Made by a program: the position numbers and the translations under genes. A stretch of 59,803 bases of DNA, the filler included, from Basidiobolus ranarum (taxonomy: Eukaryota): the NCBI GenBank assembly GCA_040143965.1. It is 3 parts of 3 records of this genome, joined end to end, with 100 filler letters (N's around TTAATTAATTAA, not from the genome) between each part and the next. Parts side by side here need not be neighbours in the genome. Positions count along the whole stretch, not along the records: positions 19,987 to 39,860 come from JASJQH010000240.1; 2 more parts are not named here. The stretch is one strand, 5' to 3'. Below the pieces are notes generated by a model that was given only the letters and a program-made list of their open reading frames with translations, ran no database searches and was not told where the DNA came from. Shown in pieces: positions 25,404-37,889 of this stretch (positions within the stretch are counted from its first letter, which is position 1; the number at the start of each line of letters is the position of its first letter).

Positions 25404-26799
25404 TCTTTTCTAGCTTTGGTTCGGATTAGTGTTGAAGAGATATTGAGTCTGAGAATGTAGAGACACATATACGAACAATATATAGCTTCTGGATGTAGCT
25501 TTGGACTTCACAAACGCCCAACTCTCCATCCAACTCAGACCATCTTGAAAAGTCAGACAACTGGTTCCGCATCCACTCCAGTTTTTGTACGGTCAATTCC
25601 ATCTGGCTAAATTTGGTGTTATCTATTTTCCACCCCTAACACATCTCACTTCACAAGATTCCGATTTAGCCTGTAGATGTAGCTTTTCCATTAGGTCTGT
25701 TGGTCACTTGTCCGACCGTTGGTGATCGATTTCACAATCGATCTGAGACTCGATTGTGTAGTTGGAACAGGTCGCACTATACCAAGTAAGATTATGAGCC
25801 TTTTCCGGCTGTGCGCTTAATATGTTAAAACCTCGTTGTTGACAATCATTCAGGAAATTCGACTTCTAAATGTCCGCTTCCCCTAAGCCATGGATGAATG
25901 ATATATGAGCCCAGGAATGAAACTACAGAAGTGAACGAACCATTCAACCATCCAACCATCTTTCGCTCATCTCTCACTAAAAAGGAATCAAGCAGAGTCA
26001 ATCTTCTTTTTCATTTGCCTTCTGAGAAGCAAGGCATTTCGTATGCTCTTTCTCTGGATACCGCTTATATATCACTCAATCATTAAATATCAGTATCTGA
26101 TTGAGTGGCATTCATTAATGAGCATACATAATGGGATGCGTAGATTGTACTTTTTAGTGCGATGTTGAAGAGATATCTTGATTATCTAATCGGTATTAAG
26201 GATGAGCTGGATGCTTAATGCTTACATGCTCTTTGATCTACAAGTCATCTCCAGCAAATAGTACCAACAGCTGCTTCAGTTGTTTGTCTAGTTTTTTATT
26301 AGCAACCTTTCCGCTAGCAACTTCCGCTTTACTATATATAGTTACGCAAGTAGAATTTCATTTTGGTGTCATGTTGAGAAGTGAGTCTAGGCTTTATCGT
26401 TTAAGGAACAAAACAGTCATATTGAAGTCGATTGCATACCAAAAATCATTTCTTATTGTGCGAATTTAGGCCCTTATTCAGTCATGTATAACCTTGCACT
26501 TCTTATTCCCCAACATGAGCCCATGAAATGGACCAATTATTTGAAAATGAAAATGTCCAGCCACTACTATCTTTAATTTACATCGCTCGAAATTCACTGA
26601 TCCGGTAATTCTGCATTAACTAAAGCTTTTTTTTTGGTCCTTATTCATACGACTTATCAAGCACAGTTTATGCACCTTGACCTCGGTTTATCTGATATAT
26701 TTTTATAACGACTTTTGGCTTTGATAAAGTAGAATATTGAGGTTTAGTTTTATGCGACAATCCTTAGAAGTTGCATATTGAGAAACTCCTTAACGTATT

Positions 26800-29700
26800 A
26801 TGGCCACTGCTCACCTTGACTTGAGAGATGCCTTCCATGATAGTCCTCAGTATCGTGCAAATTTGGTGAATGCACACAAAGAAGCCGAGGCATTTGAAAG
26901 TATTCTGAATATATGGGCAGAAAAAACAAAAATATTTGTACAGGCTGTGGCAGGTATTGAAAATTCTTTGCACTGTGTGTACATTTCTTATCTTTAGTCC
27001 GATCATTAATGCGCGTATTCATTCCTCTTGGCACAGGTTTGAATGAAGCCACTGACACAATTTTACGACTAGTCACATCTCCTCATAATGCCCCTTCGTT
27101 CCTCGACTCTCACAATTTTGGTATGCTTCCTGTAGCTATTTTTTTCTATCTTCTCGGTTTCTCTGAGACGCTTTTTACAAACAGAACATACAAGAGCTGA
27201 GCTACAAGAGAAATTCTTTTCTATGGAGAATAGCTTCGTCTCAACTCTGGAAAGTGACATAATTGGTTAGTTACTTTATTTAGTAGTACTTTTTAGAATC
27301 GAAATTGTTGATAACACTATGTTTAATTCTCTACAATAGAACCTCTCTTGCAGTTTCAGGGATCTGTTTCTCAAATGCTCTCGGTATTAGTATGAGTATA
27401 TGTTCAAATCGAGATAGACAACTAAATTTCTACAACTTTTAGGAAGCTCGACGTGAATTTTTGAACTCTGCTGAAGATTATGAATCAATTGTATATAAAT
27501 ATTCAAGTTTACCACACTTAAAGAATCAGAAAAATGATGAAGTACTTGCTTTAGTTGGATATTCGTTATTTTTAAGGCAGTTACTAATCTACTATCTAGT
27601 TTACCAACTACTTATACAATATGAAATTGGAATCATGCAAAAATTCTCTGAAATATGCTAACATGCTCAACGAACTACCACTCATTCGGGAGTCTTTAGT
27701 GCTAAAGAAGGTATGGCTAACCTGAACCTCTCTGACCCATCGATTTTGAAATACTCACGACGGTCTTTATCTTCTATATACTAGATGAATTCGTTTCTTG
27801 ATATAATGTCAACCTGGTTTGATGGTCATCAACTATCCATTGATAAGGCCAAGCCTGTCATTAACGAAGTTCTCGAAAGTATTGAAAAGGTACCTAAAGA
27901 AATAGAACGAGGTGTTGTAAAGCCATGCTGATTTCATTTCATTCAGGAGGGTGTTGCCCAGGATATCCAGAGTTTACAAGTAGATGAGCACACTCTTTTA
28001 GAACCTATAGAGGTATTCATAATGTCTGTTAACCTGTGACTTGAACAATATATTTTAACGCAAGCTTTGTTGTCACAGTGCCACTTAACAAAGTACAAGC
28101 AAGCTCTGGGACTGTTGGCTTATGATGAAGTCTCCATTGCTACTCAAATTTCCGACTTATCAGTTGATTCAGAGCTAATGATGAATCAAGGCAAATCGGG
28201 GTATTTGTTGCTTCGAAAAGCGAATTCTAGAGGTGGATGGACTAGGTTGGTTCAATAAAAACGATTTTTGAGTGATTGTCTTGAGATTAACTATTGATAC
28301 GGACAGACATTGGTTCCATATTCAAATGCCTGAGGGTCTCTTTATCCAGTGTACGAATTCCGTGGTAAATATAATCTGCCAATTTTCTGCTTTAGCAATC
28401 CGTCTAACATTTTACTCCTCTAGGACCAGTCTATTGTGGTGGATTTACATGCTTCTCTGGTTCGCGAGGCTGACTGCGATGGAAGGTCATATGCCTTTGA
28501 AATCAGCACCCCTCCTATACTGTAAGTTGTCACACTTAGAATTCCACAGTATTTTTCTGACACTTTCTTTACAGGAAATACTACTTTCAAGCAGAAACGG
28601 ATGCTGACATGATGGAATGGGTAACCGCTTTGCGCGTTCCACATATCCGTAGTATAAATTATCACAGGAACGATCTCGATGTACCCAGTGTAAAGTTTGT
28701 TCAGGCTAATCTAAACCTTTCAAACATAATACTCATATATTCCACCTTCAGGCTGGCTCAGTACTTGTCAAGTCCGGATCAGTTTATATTCGAGGTAAAT
28801 AGAACGTATGCATACTCCATCTACGCCGGCACATTCTCAAATATATCTTTAGAATTGAAAAGCTCCAAGAATCCACATAGCACTAAAGATCCACTATCGG
28901 TCGCTGCTAATTGGCGGAGAATTGTACTTATCATCCGAACCAACGGCACTCTTTATCAGTTTGATGAGCATGTAAATTGTCGCTTCCTATGGAATATTTC
29001 TTATCAAACATTGCTTACCTTTACTTGCATTTTAGGACAAAACTGTGATTGAAACCATCAAAATCAAGGACCTTCAACGAAACCAAATCAATCTAATAGA
29101 TGAATCAGCCCTCAAGAAGAAAAATTGCTTCATACTCAAATCGAAGCAACGAATACATTTCTTCATGACTGAAGGCCTAAGCGAACGAAATGAATGGGTT
29201 TCAATACTTAAAACGTTTGCTCAGCCAGAGGTATTGGGATATTCTGAGCCTCCTCACTTCTGCTACCGCTTGGATCGCACATATTGGATAAGCGTCATCG
29301 AAGGCCGTGGATTTGGTCAAGCCGATCCGTATTGCTATATCGAATTGGATGGAGAACGTAAAGGCAAAACAAGTACGAAGTCGAAGGCTTTAAATCCCAT
29401 TTGGGTCGAGGATTTTCTATTTACGTAAGTGCTTTTTACATTCCAGTTATGTTTAAATTAGGGCTCTTGGATTAAATAGTTACTTTAGCGATCTTCCTGC
29501 TCTCCGAAGCGGCATCGATGTCGTCGTAATGAATAAGAATCGCCTTCATAAAGACTCCAATATAGGTAAAATTGAATTTATAATTAAATCTTACGGCACT
29601 CCGCCCAGTCTTACCCATAATGTTTAGGTAAAGTACGCCTACCTATCACCTACATACAACGGGATGAGATGTTTGAGGGATGGTATCCAATGATGTACGA

Positions 29701-31178
29701 GTCCAAAATATCCGGATATCCTGCAGAAATGGTTGGAGAGCTTCGATTACGCTTCAAATACGAAGAGGTCGTTGTACTTCCTTCATCGAGCTACGATAAT
29801 CTACTTAAGGTAGATCTCATTTTTCACTTTCCATGGTGAATCACTAATATAATACTGTTTATAGCTTCTGTTGGATGTTGATTCTCGATTGATTTTTGAC
29901 TTGGTAAATGTCTCGAAAAATCTGGAGTGGTTTGCCGAAAATATGATGCGGATTTATGCGGCCAATGGTATGGCGATGGAGTGGCTTCTATTTCTAGCTC
30001 GCAATGAAGTGGAGTTGACCGGTGTGTAGTGTTGCCCATATATTACTTGTGAGTTTCAATTCATCTCTCCTAACCCCGTTCTTTTTAGATGATTCCAATA
30101 TTCTATTTAGAGGAAACTCAATTCTTACCAAAGCCATCGATGGCTATATGAAGTTGATTGGACTTCAATACGTTGACGAGGCCATTGGAGATATTGTCAG
30201 ATCCATTTGTGAAAACAAAATATACGTCGAGGTACTGTATCATTTTCAACCCTTTCTCTCTCTTGTTGACTGTTGTTGTTATTAATATTCACGTCTTGGT
30301 TAGGTCGATGAGCTAAAGTTAGATCGATGTGAGGATATTCGTGCACACTGGAGGGTTTTAGTCAGTTACACAAAATTGCTATGGAAAAGTATCGAAAAGA
30401 CTCAAGCCAAATGCCCTAGGTAGAAGTGATTGTACCATTATTACAAGACAATCTATTAACGTGAGAATATCTTTTTTCAAGTGAGCTACGCGTATTCTTT
30501 TCCGAACTCAGAGGAATAATTCTTGATAAATATCCAGAACAGAATCAATCAGTACGCTATACATGTGTCAGCGGATTCATCTTCTTGCGCCTTTTTTGTC
30601 CAGCTTTGCTGAATCCAAAGCAATTCCAACTTGTCAAGGAGCAACCAGACGCTCGTACCCGTCGTACTCTAACTTTACTGGCGAAAGCAACACAATCCCT
30701 AGCTAATTTAACTGATTTCAACTCTAAAGAATCATATATGGCGCAGATGAACGAATTTGTTCGCGAAAACTCGGTCAAACTAAGGGATTATATTGACTAT
30801 ATTGCCACAGTGCAAATATCTAACACAAGCCATCACAGGATCCAAAACTTACAACCACCAGAAACATTTTTTAAACCGCCTCAAGTGCCCTACCTTATTG
30901 ATGTCGACAAGGAGTTATCAAGCTTTAGCAGTTATGTCATGCGTCATCGAGAAGACTTGGAGAATTTAATTACAGAGGAGAAAACCTCTTGCTCCTCCAA
31001 ACTTTTGAAAAGACTACTCTTCAACTGTAACGTACTTGAAGAGAAAACTAGATTAGTTATGGAAGGGCGCAACGGTCACTTAGCCAGCAGCATATCCAGC
31101 TTGTCTGATAGTAGTAGCCAGCAAACCCTATCTTCTTACCCAAGCCATTCTTCATTTCATTCCGTTTCAATTGTATAA
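26800..31178 (+). CDS. RasGAP with N-terminal BAR, PH domain(s) and C2 domain; many short exons
   Basis: N-terminus LRDAFHDSPQYRA (BAR start). PH features GKSGYLLLRK...WTR and YYFQAET..DMMEWV. A second PH ends ERNEWVSIL. C2 has ADPYCYIELD and LNPIWVEDF. RasGAP has LFRGNS and FIFLRLFCPALLNP. Exon boundaries are approximate. Confidence 0.85.
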
Positions 31179-31471
31179 ATTCCAGTTGTTCTAATATTTT
31201 TTATTACTTCAGCACTTACATTATAAATCGCAGCATATCTAAAGTATTTATTCATATCCCTCGGTTTCTCTTGTCTAGTCTAGAGAAGCAATGTAGAGCT
31301 TGCATACTTGGTCATAATCTTAATTTAGACTGGCATTCTTCATTTTACGTAATAAACGACTAAGCTTGAACGCTTCCATTACAAATCTGCTTGTTATCGG
31401 CTAAATAGAAATCATTATTTGAACCAACCTCAGATTAAATTGAAAGACCAAATTTTCATCTGATTCAAGAT

Positions 31472-31551
31472 CACGTGCATGGAAGAAGTTTTCGATTTGG
31501 AAATTACCTTGATAAAAGTATTGTTGTGTGGGCCTGTAGTTCTTTCTTTTC
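31472..31551 (+). promoter_or_regulatory. RPL32 core promoter module: CACGTG E-box plus GTAGTTCTTTCTTTTC pyrimidine initiator
   Basis: Matches the RPS16 upstream module. Confidence 0.55.
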
Positions 31552-31754
31552 GGAAATCCATCTGAACGTCATCAAGGTATGATACGATCCATCCATCAAC
31601 AACGAGCATTTCAAAGTGACAAGATGTACTTGTGTGAGATATTCTCCACCAATTCTTCGTACAATACCACTTGTCCAGATGCAACAATCGTTTCAGTAAT
31701 GATGTATATATATAAATATATGGAATGTTAACCCAATGATCTTCACTCTTTAGA

Positions 31755-32153
31755 ATGGTCTCCTCTACCAACAAGGTCGCTATTATCAAGAAGCGCACTA
31801 AGCCTTTCAAGCGTCATCAATCTGATCGCTACAAGACTGTCAAGGAGGCTTGGAGAAAGCCCAAGGGTATTGATAACCGTGTTCGTCGTAGATTCAAGGG
31901 ACAAATCCCTATGCCCAGCATTGGTTATGGATCTAACAAGAAGACCCGTGACTTGATGCCCAACGGTTTCAAGAAGTTTGTCGTTGCTAGCGTTAAGGAG
32001 TTGGAAGTTTTGTTGATGCAAAACCGCACCTACGCCGCCGAGATTGCCCACAACGTCAGCTCCAAGAACCGTATCGCTATCGTTGAACGTGCTCAACAAT
32101 TGAACGTCAAGGTTACCAATGCTAACGCTCGTCTTCGTACCCAAGAGAACTAG
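31755..32153 (+). CDS. RPL32: 60S ribosomal protein L32 (eL32)
   Basis: Contains [32 protein letters not shown] and [12 protein letters not shown]. 5' UTR intron 31577-31753. Confidence 0.97.
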   Translation: MVSSTNKVAIIKKRTKPFKRHQSDRYKTVKEAWRKPKGIDNRVRRRFKGQIPMPSIGYGSNKKTRDLMPNGFKKFVVASVKELEVLLMQNRTYAAEIAHNVSSKNRIAIVERAQQLNVKVTNANARLRTQEN

Positions 32154-32696
32154 ATCTCTGAAGTCTAAAGATACGCTGTTGCATAGCCGAGACGTCGTTG
32201 TGAATTCTATATTTCGTAAGACCCCTTCAAATAAAAACAATATCTTGCATTATGGACCTGATTCATGTTGGCTATGTTCGATATCTTTTAATTTGTTGCT
32301 TTAACCTTCCTTTTACCTGAATTAATATATTTAAACAAAGGAGCCACAATATTCTAGTATAGAGTAACCAAATAGGATCCAATGAAATGGATATCTATCC
32401 ATGCTCTATATATCTTGCTTATTTCGCAATCATATATACTTTAGCCAAAAACATTTGATCTCAAATACCCAACCTTAAATGCTTAAATATGATTATGAAC
32501 ATGAGGCACAAGAAACCGTCTATATTAATGAATGCCCAAGCTCCTAAGCATTTTATATGATCATTCTACTTCGAGTATTGCCGCACAACTATAATATTAA
32601 GTTACTCCATAGGACTCTCCTATTATTCTTAAACTTCATACCTTCTCTACTTTAATTTTTTGATATAACTTAGTTACTTGTAAACCTACAACAAAT

Positions 32697-34163
32697 ATGA
32701 GTACCATCGCAGTCGCTACTGGTTTTCGTAAAAAGCGCAATTTTAAAAACCTAGAATTAACACATTCTCCTATTATTCGTGAAAACGCTGCCGTCGAAGC
32801 TCAATGCAGTGGGAATTTATCAGGTGTGGGGAGCGGTCAGTTATACGAACACCTAGCCAGTCTAGAAATCGGCTTAGAGTTCAAGTTAGACTTGCGTCAA
32901 GAAGATTTGCAAACTATTGACGAGTTAGGGTCTGGAAATGGAGGTGCCGTATCTAAAATATTGCACGTACCCACCAAGACAATTATGGCACGAAAGGTCC
33001 GAGATTTTTCTCTCTTCTTCCTCATTTAGTGGTTTTCAATGTAATACAGAGAGTTTACTGTTTTGACACTCTTTAGATTGTACATATCGAAGCGAAGGCT
33101 GCTATAAGAAAACAAATAATCCGTGAGTTACAAATCCTTCATGATTGTAACTCTCCGCATATAGTGTCCTTTTACGGTGCCTTCATGCATGAAAATGACG
33201 TGAAGATCTCAATATGTATGGAATATATGGATATGGGGTAAGTCTTTCTCTCTAGTGTCTTACTCGTTAATCAGAGGTATTAAACTTGCGAAGGTCGTTG
33301 GATCACTTATACCGAAGAATTGGACCAATTCCCGAACCAGTTATCGGGAGCATCGCCTTTTCAGTATGTATTCTATCAGACATCACTACTGCCAAAAGTA
33401 TACTGATGTGATCTCCATAGGTACTTGATGGTCTAATCTATCTCTACGATAATCACCGTATTATTCACAGAGGTAGGTATCTTCACTTACTCTCACAAGA
33501 CTCAATTCGATACTGACATTTCTGTAGATGTCAAGCCATCCAACATCCTAATAAACTCTGTTGGATTTGTCAAACTATGTGACTTTGGTGTGTCTGGGAT
33601 GCTTGTGGATTCAATTGCCAAAACTTTTGTGGGAACTAGTCAGTATATGTCGGTATGTTGAGATTTGGCTTATTGATTATCTTTTCTGGCACCACGTCTT
33701 ATCTGTTAATCTCAGCCCGAGAGAATATCTGGTGCTACATACAGTGTTAAATCTGATGTGTGGAGCCTGGGCCTCTCACTAATAGAACTGGCATTAGGAA
33801 GGTTTCCCTTTCCTCAGTTATCAGTGTTTGAACTGTTGCAATTCATAGTAGACGAGGAGTTACCCACTCTACCAACAGCAGAGTTTCCCGAAGACTTTGT
33901 TGATATGACTAACTTGTGGTTAGTCCGTTTTGACCTCATATATGTAAATACTTTAATTGTGACATGTATTTGTATTCTAGCTTGATTAAGGATCCCCAGA
34001 GCAGGCCTACACCTACTCAGATAATGGTTAGTTTTATTTTATGGTTGATTATAATTTCACCGTCTGGTTATTTACTTGTCTGTTTGGTGTCTAGAAACAT
34101 CCTTATGTCCAACGAGCTAAAACCGAGAAATTCAATATTGGAAAATGGATCAACTCGATCTAA
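32697..34163 (+). CDS. STE7: MAP kinase kinase, Ste7/Byr1/Fuz7-type; multi-exon
   Basis: N-terminal MAPK docking site [11 protein letters not shown], then [50 protein letters not shown] and [13 protein letters not shown] stop at 34161-34163. Confidence 0.88.
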
Positions 34164-34450
34164 CCCTAACCCTCCTCTCGCACCACCCATGATGTGCTCT
34201 TTGCATTTATTTCATTCCAACTACTATTACTATATCTCTACAATAATCATAATAACCCTTACTAATCTTTACTGCTTATTCACATTCGCTAGCATATCGT
34301 CAGAATAAAACTAGTGTAAATTGTATGGCCTATTTTCATAGCCCTGCTTTCCAATTTGTTATTGATGATCCATCGATTGAAGTTTGCATATAGCGTGATA
34401 TAGCATATATAAACCATATTAGTACAACTTTAATACGTTTTTCGAAGATA

Positions 34451-37396
34451 ATGCTTCATCCAACATATCCGTTTTCACAAAGTGAAAAGATACCAATTTA
34501 CTTAATAATCGAGGAGTGTGTAGTGAAAATAACCCACCAAAAAAATGACTTAACTTTATCAAAGGGTCGTATTGCTTCTATAGAGAAGCAAGATTCAGTT
34601 GACCTTGAATTTCTACCATGTTTACTGGTTCAAAGTAAGAACGATCCTTTCATTTCACTCGTTCATTTAAAGAAATAATAGGTCCATTTATTTATCTTTG
34701 CTTGCTCTAGATATAAATAGAATCATAACTGCTAAAATATTATCAGATGTTAGTTCTGGAAGGTAAATGCTTCTGTGTCTATATTATTATTCAAACATCG
34801 CTCTGTTTTTCTTTGGCTAATTATAGTGTTGACAACAAATAATCGTAGCGAATTCGTATACATATTGGGAACTCAAATGAACTCTGACGTGGAAAATCTT
34901 CTTGTTTTGCTGAAGATAAATTTGTTGGACACGGAGGTAACCTATGAAATGTATACCAAAAACATCCTCGAAGGAAATTTGGCCATCCAAGGTAGATCAT
35001 TGACTTCTATTTGTATCATAATATTACGTATATCCATTCTCACCTAAAATTTTGTAAAGAAATCGCATTGATCCATGGACCTATAGTAAGTCTATTCAGA
35101 GCCAAAGAACCGTTAAGTAATATAGATACGTTCGGAGAAATACAACAAGGAATTGATATTGAGATATGGAAAATTTCAAGACTTGAGAATACTCTTTTCC
35201 CTAATTTTTCGATCCAGTCTTCACGAATCTTTGGAATTGGGAATTTGTATGAGGGGATAGTTATTGTTCATTCCGTGAGAAATCACGCTGAAGAAAGTGA
35301 AATACGTATAGGTTATGCTGATATTAGTGGAAAGGAAGCAACTCTCAGGCGGCTAGATTTCACTGTGAATCTACCCAACTATCTTGTTAATATCATCAGC
35401 ACCATTCAAATAGAAAGCATCGATCTTGAATCCATTGAAGACAGTCTTTTATATGGCACAGAATACGAACTGGATTCTGTGTGGATCGGTACCAAGTCGG
35501 GGGAAATCATTAGCATCAAGTTTAATAAGGTTGACCAGGTCCTGCAAGTCAATAGAATACCTCGTCGAATAGAGTTTGTCTGTTTGGATTCTGAAGGACT
35601 TGATCTTATTGTAGCTTCTGATACAGACACATATTTATTAGTCCAAGGAAGATCCATATTGAACAAATTTTCTACGAAGGCGATTTTAATTGTTCACTCT
35701 GGTTTTGATAACTTGTATTATCTCACTGACACTGAAGATCAGTTTAAGCTACTCAAAAATAACGATGAGTTGAAAAATTCAACTGGTACTCTAGTACTCT
35801 TTCCTACATATCACCACACAAAATGAATCATTAATGAGATGTGCTTTTTTACCTTTCTTTGTGGTTAGATCACGAAGACGATGAGAATTTGACAGCGGTG
35901 TATCACTCTTTAACCGCGCGAATGTTAAATGGTGCGGCGTCCTTACGCGAATGTGAAAGATTGGTAGGTGGAGAAAAGAAGACTAAAATTGATCAGTTTA
36001 ATGAAACTAATGGATAGAGTACAGTTGAATCAAAAGGCAGCTTTGTTGGATAAATCGGCCAAATTGATTGAGGAATACTCCAAGAAAATTAATCTTAGAG
36101 AAATGGACGAAGCACAACCATTGATTCTTAAAAAGATCATATCAGATGGGAGCATGGTGCCTCTATTACCTACCCAACCGTTGGAACCTGTGGAGAAAGT
36201 CCATACCGATTTGAATAATATGGAGCATATTGAAAAGTTGAATAATCTGGAATATATAGATATCTTGGATTCTAATATTGTACAAAATGACTTACTAGCT
36301 CAGCTGAACGTTACTATCAGAAATATATCAAGGTAAATACTTTCTGAATATGCATATCCATTGTAGCGTGCTCTGGGTACTAACCAAGTTCTTACGACTC
36401 TTTATCGGAATTAGTGAATCAATTTATTCTCCTCATGTTGTTCCTGTGATCTCATCCTGTTCGAATATATCAATGTTAAATAGTACGATTCTTTCCTCTC
36501 CCACAGAACTAGTGGCTAATGAAACTACGACCCTGTCAGCGATCATTGAAATTCCCATGGAAATGATGGATGTTATGCGAGAGATTACTGGGATGGTTCA
36601 GTGGAGAAAACGAGATGCTCGAACACACACTAACGAGCCAAACCAAACTCAACCCATCTATAATATTCGAACAATTGATAGATTCTTTGAAGGTCAGAGT
36701 AGTTACTTACGTCCTAACTAGTCTATTGAAATTCAATTGTTTTCTGTGGTGTTTAGGTGGACTTCCTAGTATATTGGATATTCAACTGGTGTGTACGAAA
36801 ACCCAAGTAGAACACTCTTATTTCGATTCTGTCCCAATCATATTAGCGGAATATTTGGAATTGAAAGAGTATAGGAACGACGTAAGAAGTCTTGCATATA
36901 TTTCTGGTAAAATACCCATAAATAACTTTAAGATAGGATGTTGATATGCTCTTACTACCCTTGGATCAAAGAAAGTTCAAGAATCAAAAGGGTTCGCTGG
37001 TTTTTTCGTTTATTGAAGCAGCTAGTAATAGTGTACGTCGGGTACTGATTAAGGGGCTGTGCGATAGAATAGTAGTTATGGCAATCAAGAAATTGACTCG
37101 AGTACTGCCTAATGATATCCTTTATAGAAATCCACCCATATGCTCACTACATAACAAGATTACTTCAAATTACCTTAACAGCAACACATATTAGATTGAC
37201 GCTAACTCCAAGTGCACTCTCCATCCTGAGTGCAAACTCAATTGAACAATCTATTGTTGCCATGAAAAGGATGACCAAGATGCTGAATCAATCAGAAGAG
37301 ATCACCATTGAAGATTGGCTGGAAACAAGAGGTGAATTCAAGGGCATATTAAAAAATGTACTCGATCATGGAGGTGGATTCATAAATTCACAGTAG
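34451..37396 (+). CDS. Hypothetical multi-exon protein (beta-rich N-terminal half, coiled-coil middle)
   Basis: Chain of plus-strand ORFs (longest 271 aa) linked by plausible GT-AG introns. No family recognised; boundaries approximate. Confidence 0.55.
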
Positions 37397-37889
37397 ATAA
37401 CAAGAAATAACTGGAAATGTGACTTAACATAGACTGTCCGTCTGATTTAAATAAATCACTGGAGCAATAGCAAGTCCAATGGGTAACCTTCAATACTATA
37501 TTACTACCCCTGGTTACCCCTAGCTTCTATTTATGATCTAATGACCAGAAACAATGACACTGAATATATTGTTGTAAGGAATCGACCGGAGATGAATCGG
37601 TGACGTTTGTATTGCGTTTGGATTACTCTGCTATTCAGTGCATTCATTCTTAACATGTTGGCATCTATGGTCGCTTGGTAGTTCATTCGTGGTATTTAGG
37701 GTTGTTGAGTTTCAATTACATCTTGGTCAAAGTCACAACGGTGTGACTCTATATTGGGTAGAAGCCAATGAAACCCTCGTGTCCCTGGATATTGATTACG
37801 CAAAAACCTCCTGGTTATTCAGGGTTTTCTATAAATATATTCATCAATTTCAAATATTTTACACATCTTACTATTGTACCTTGACTATC

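Noticed and set aside
37638-37889. 84-aa N-terminal extension of the carboxypeptidase ORF
   Set aside because: It begins at GTG and spans the TATA box; ATG 37890 gives a proper signal peptide.
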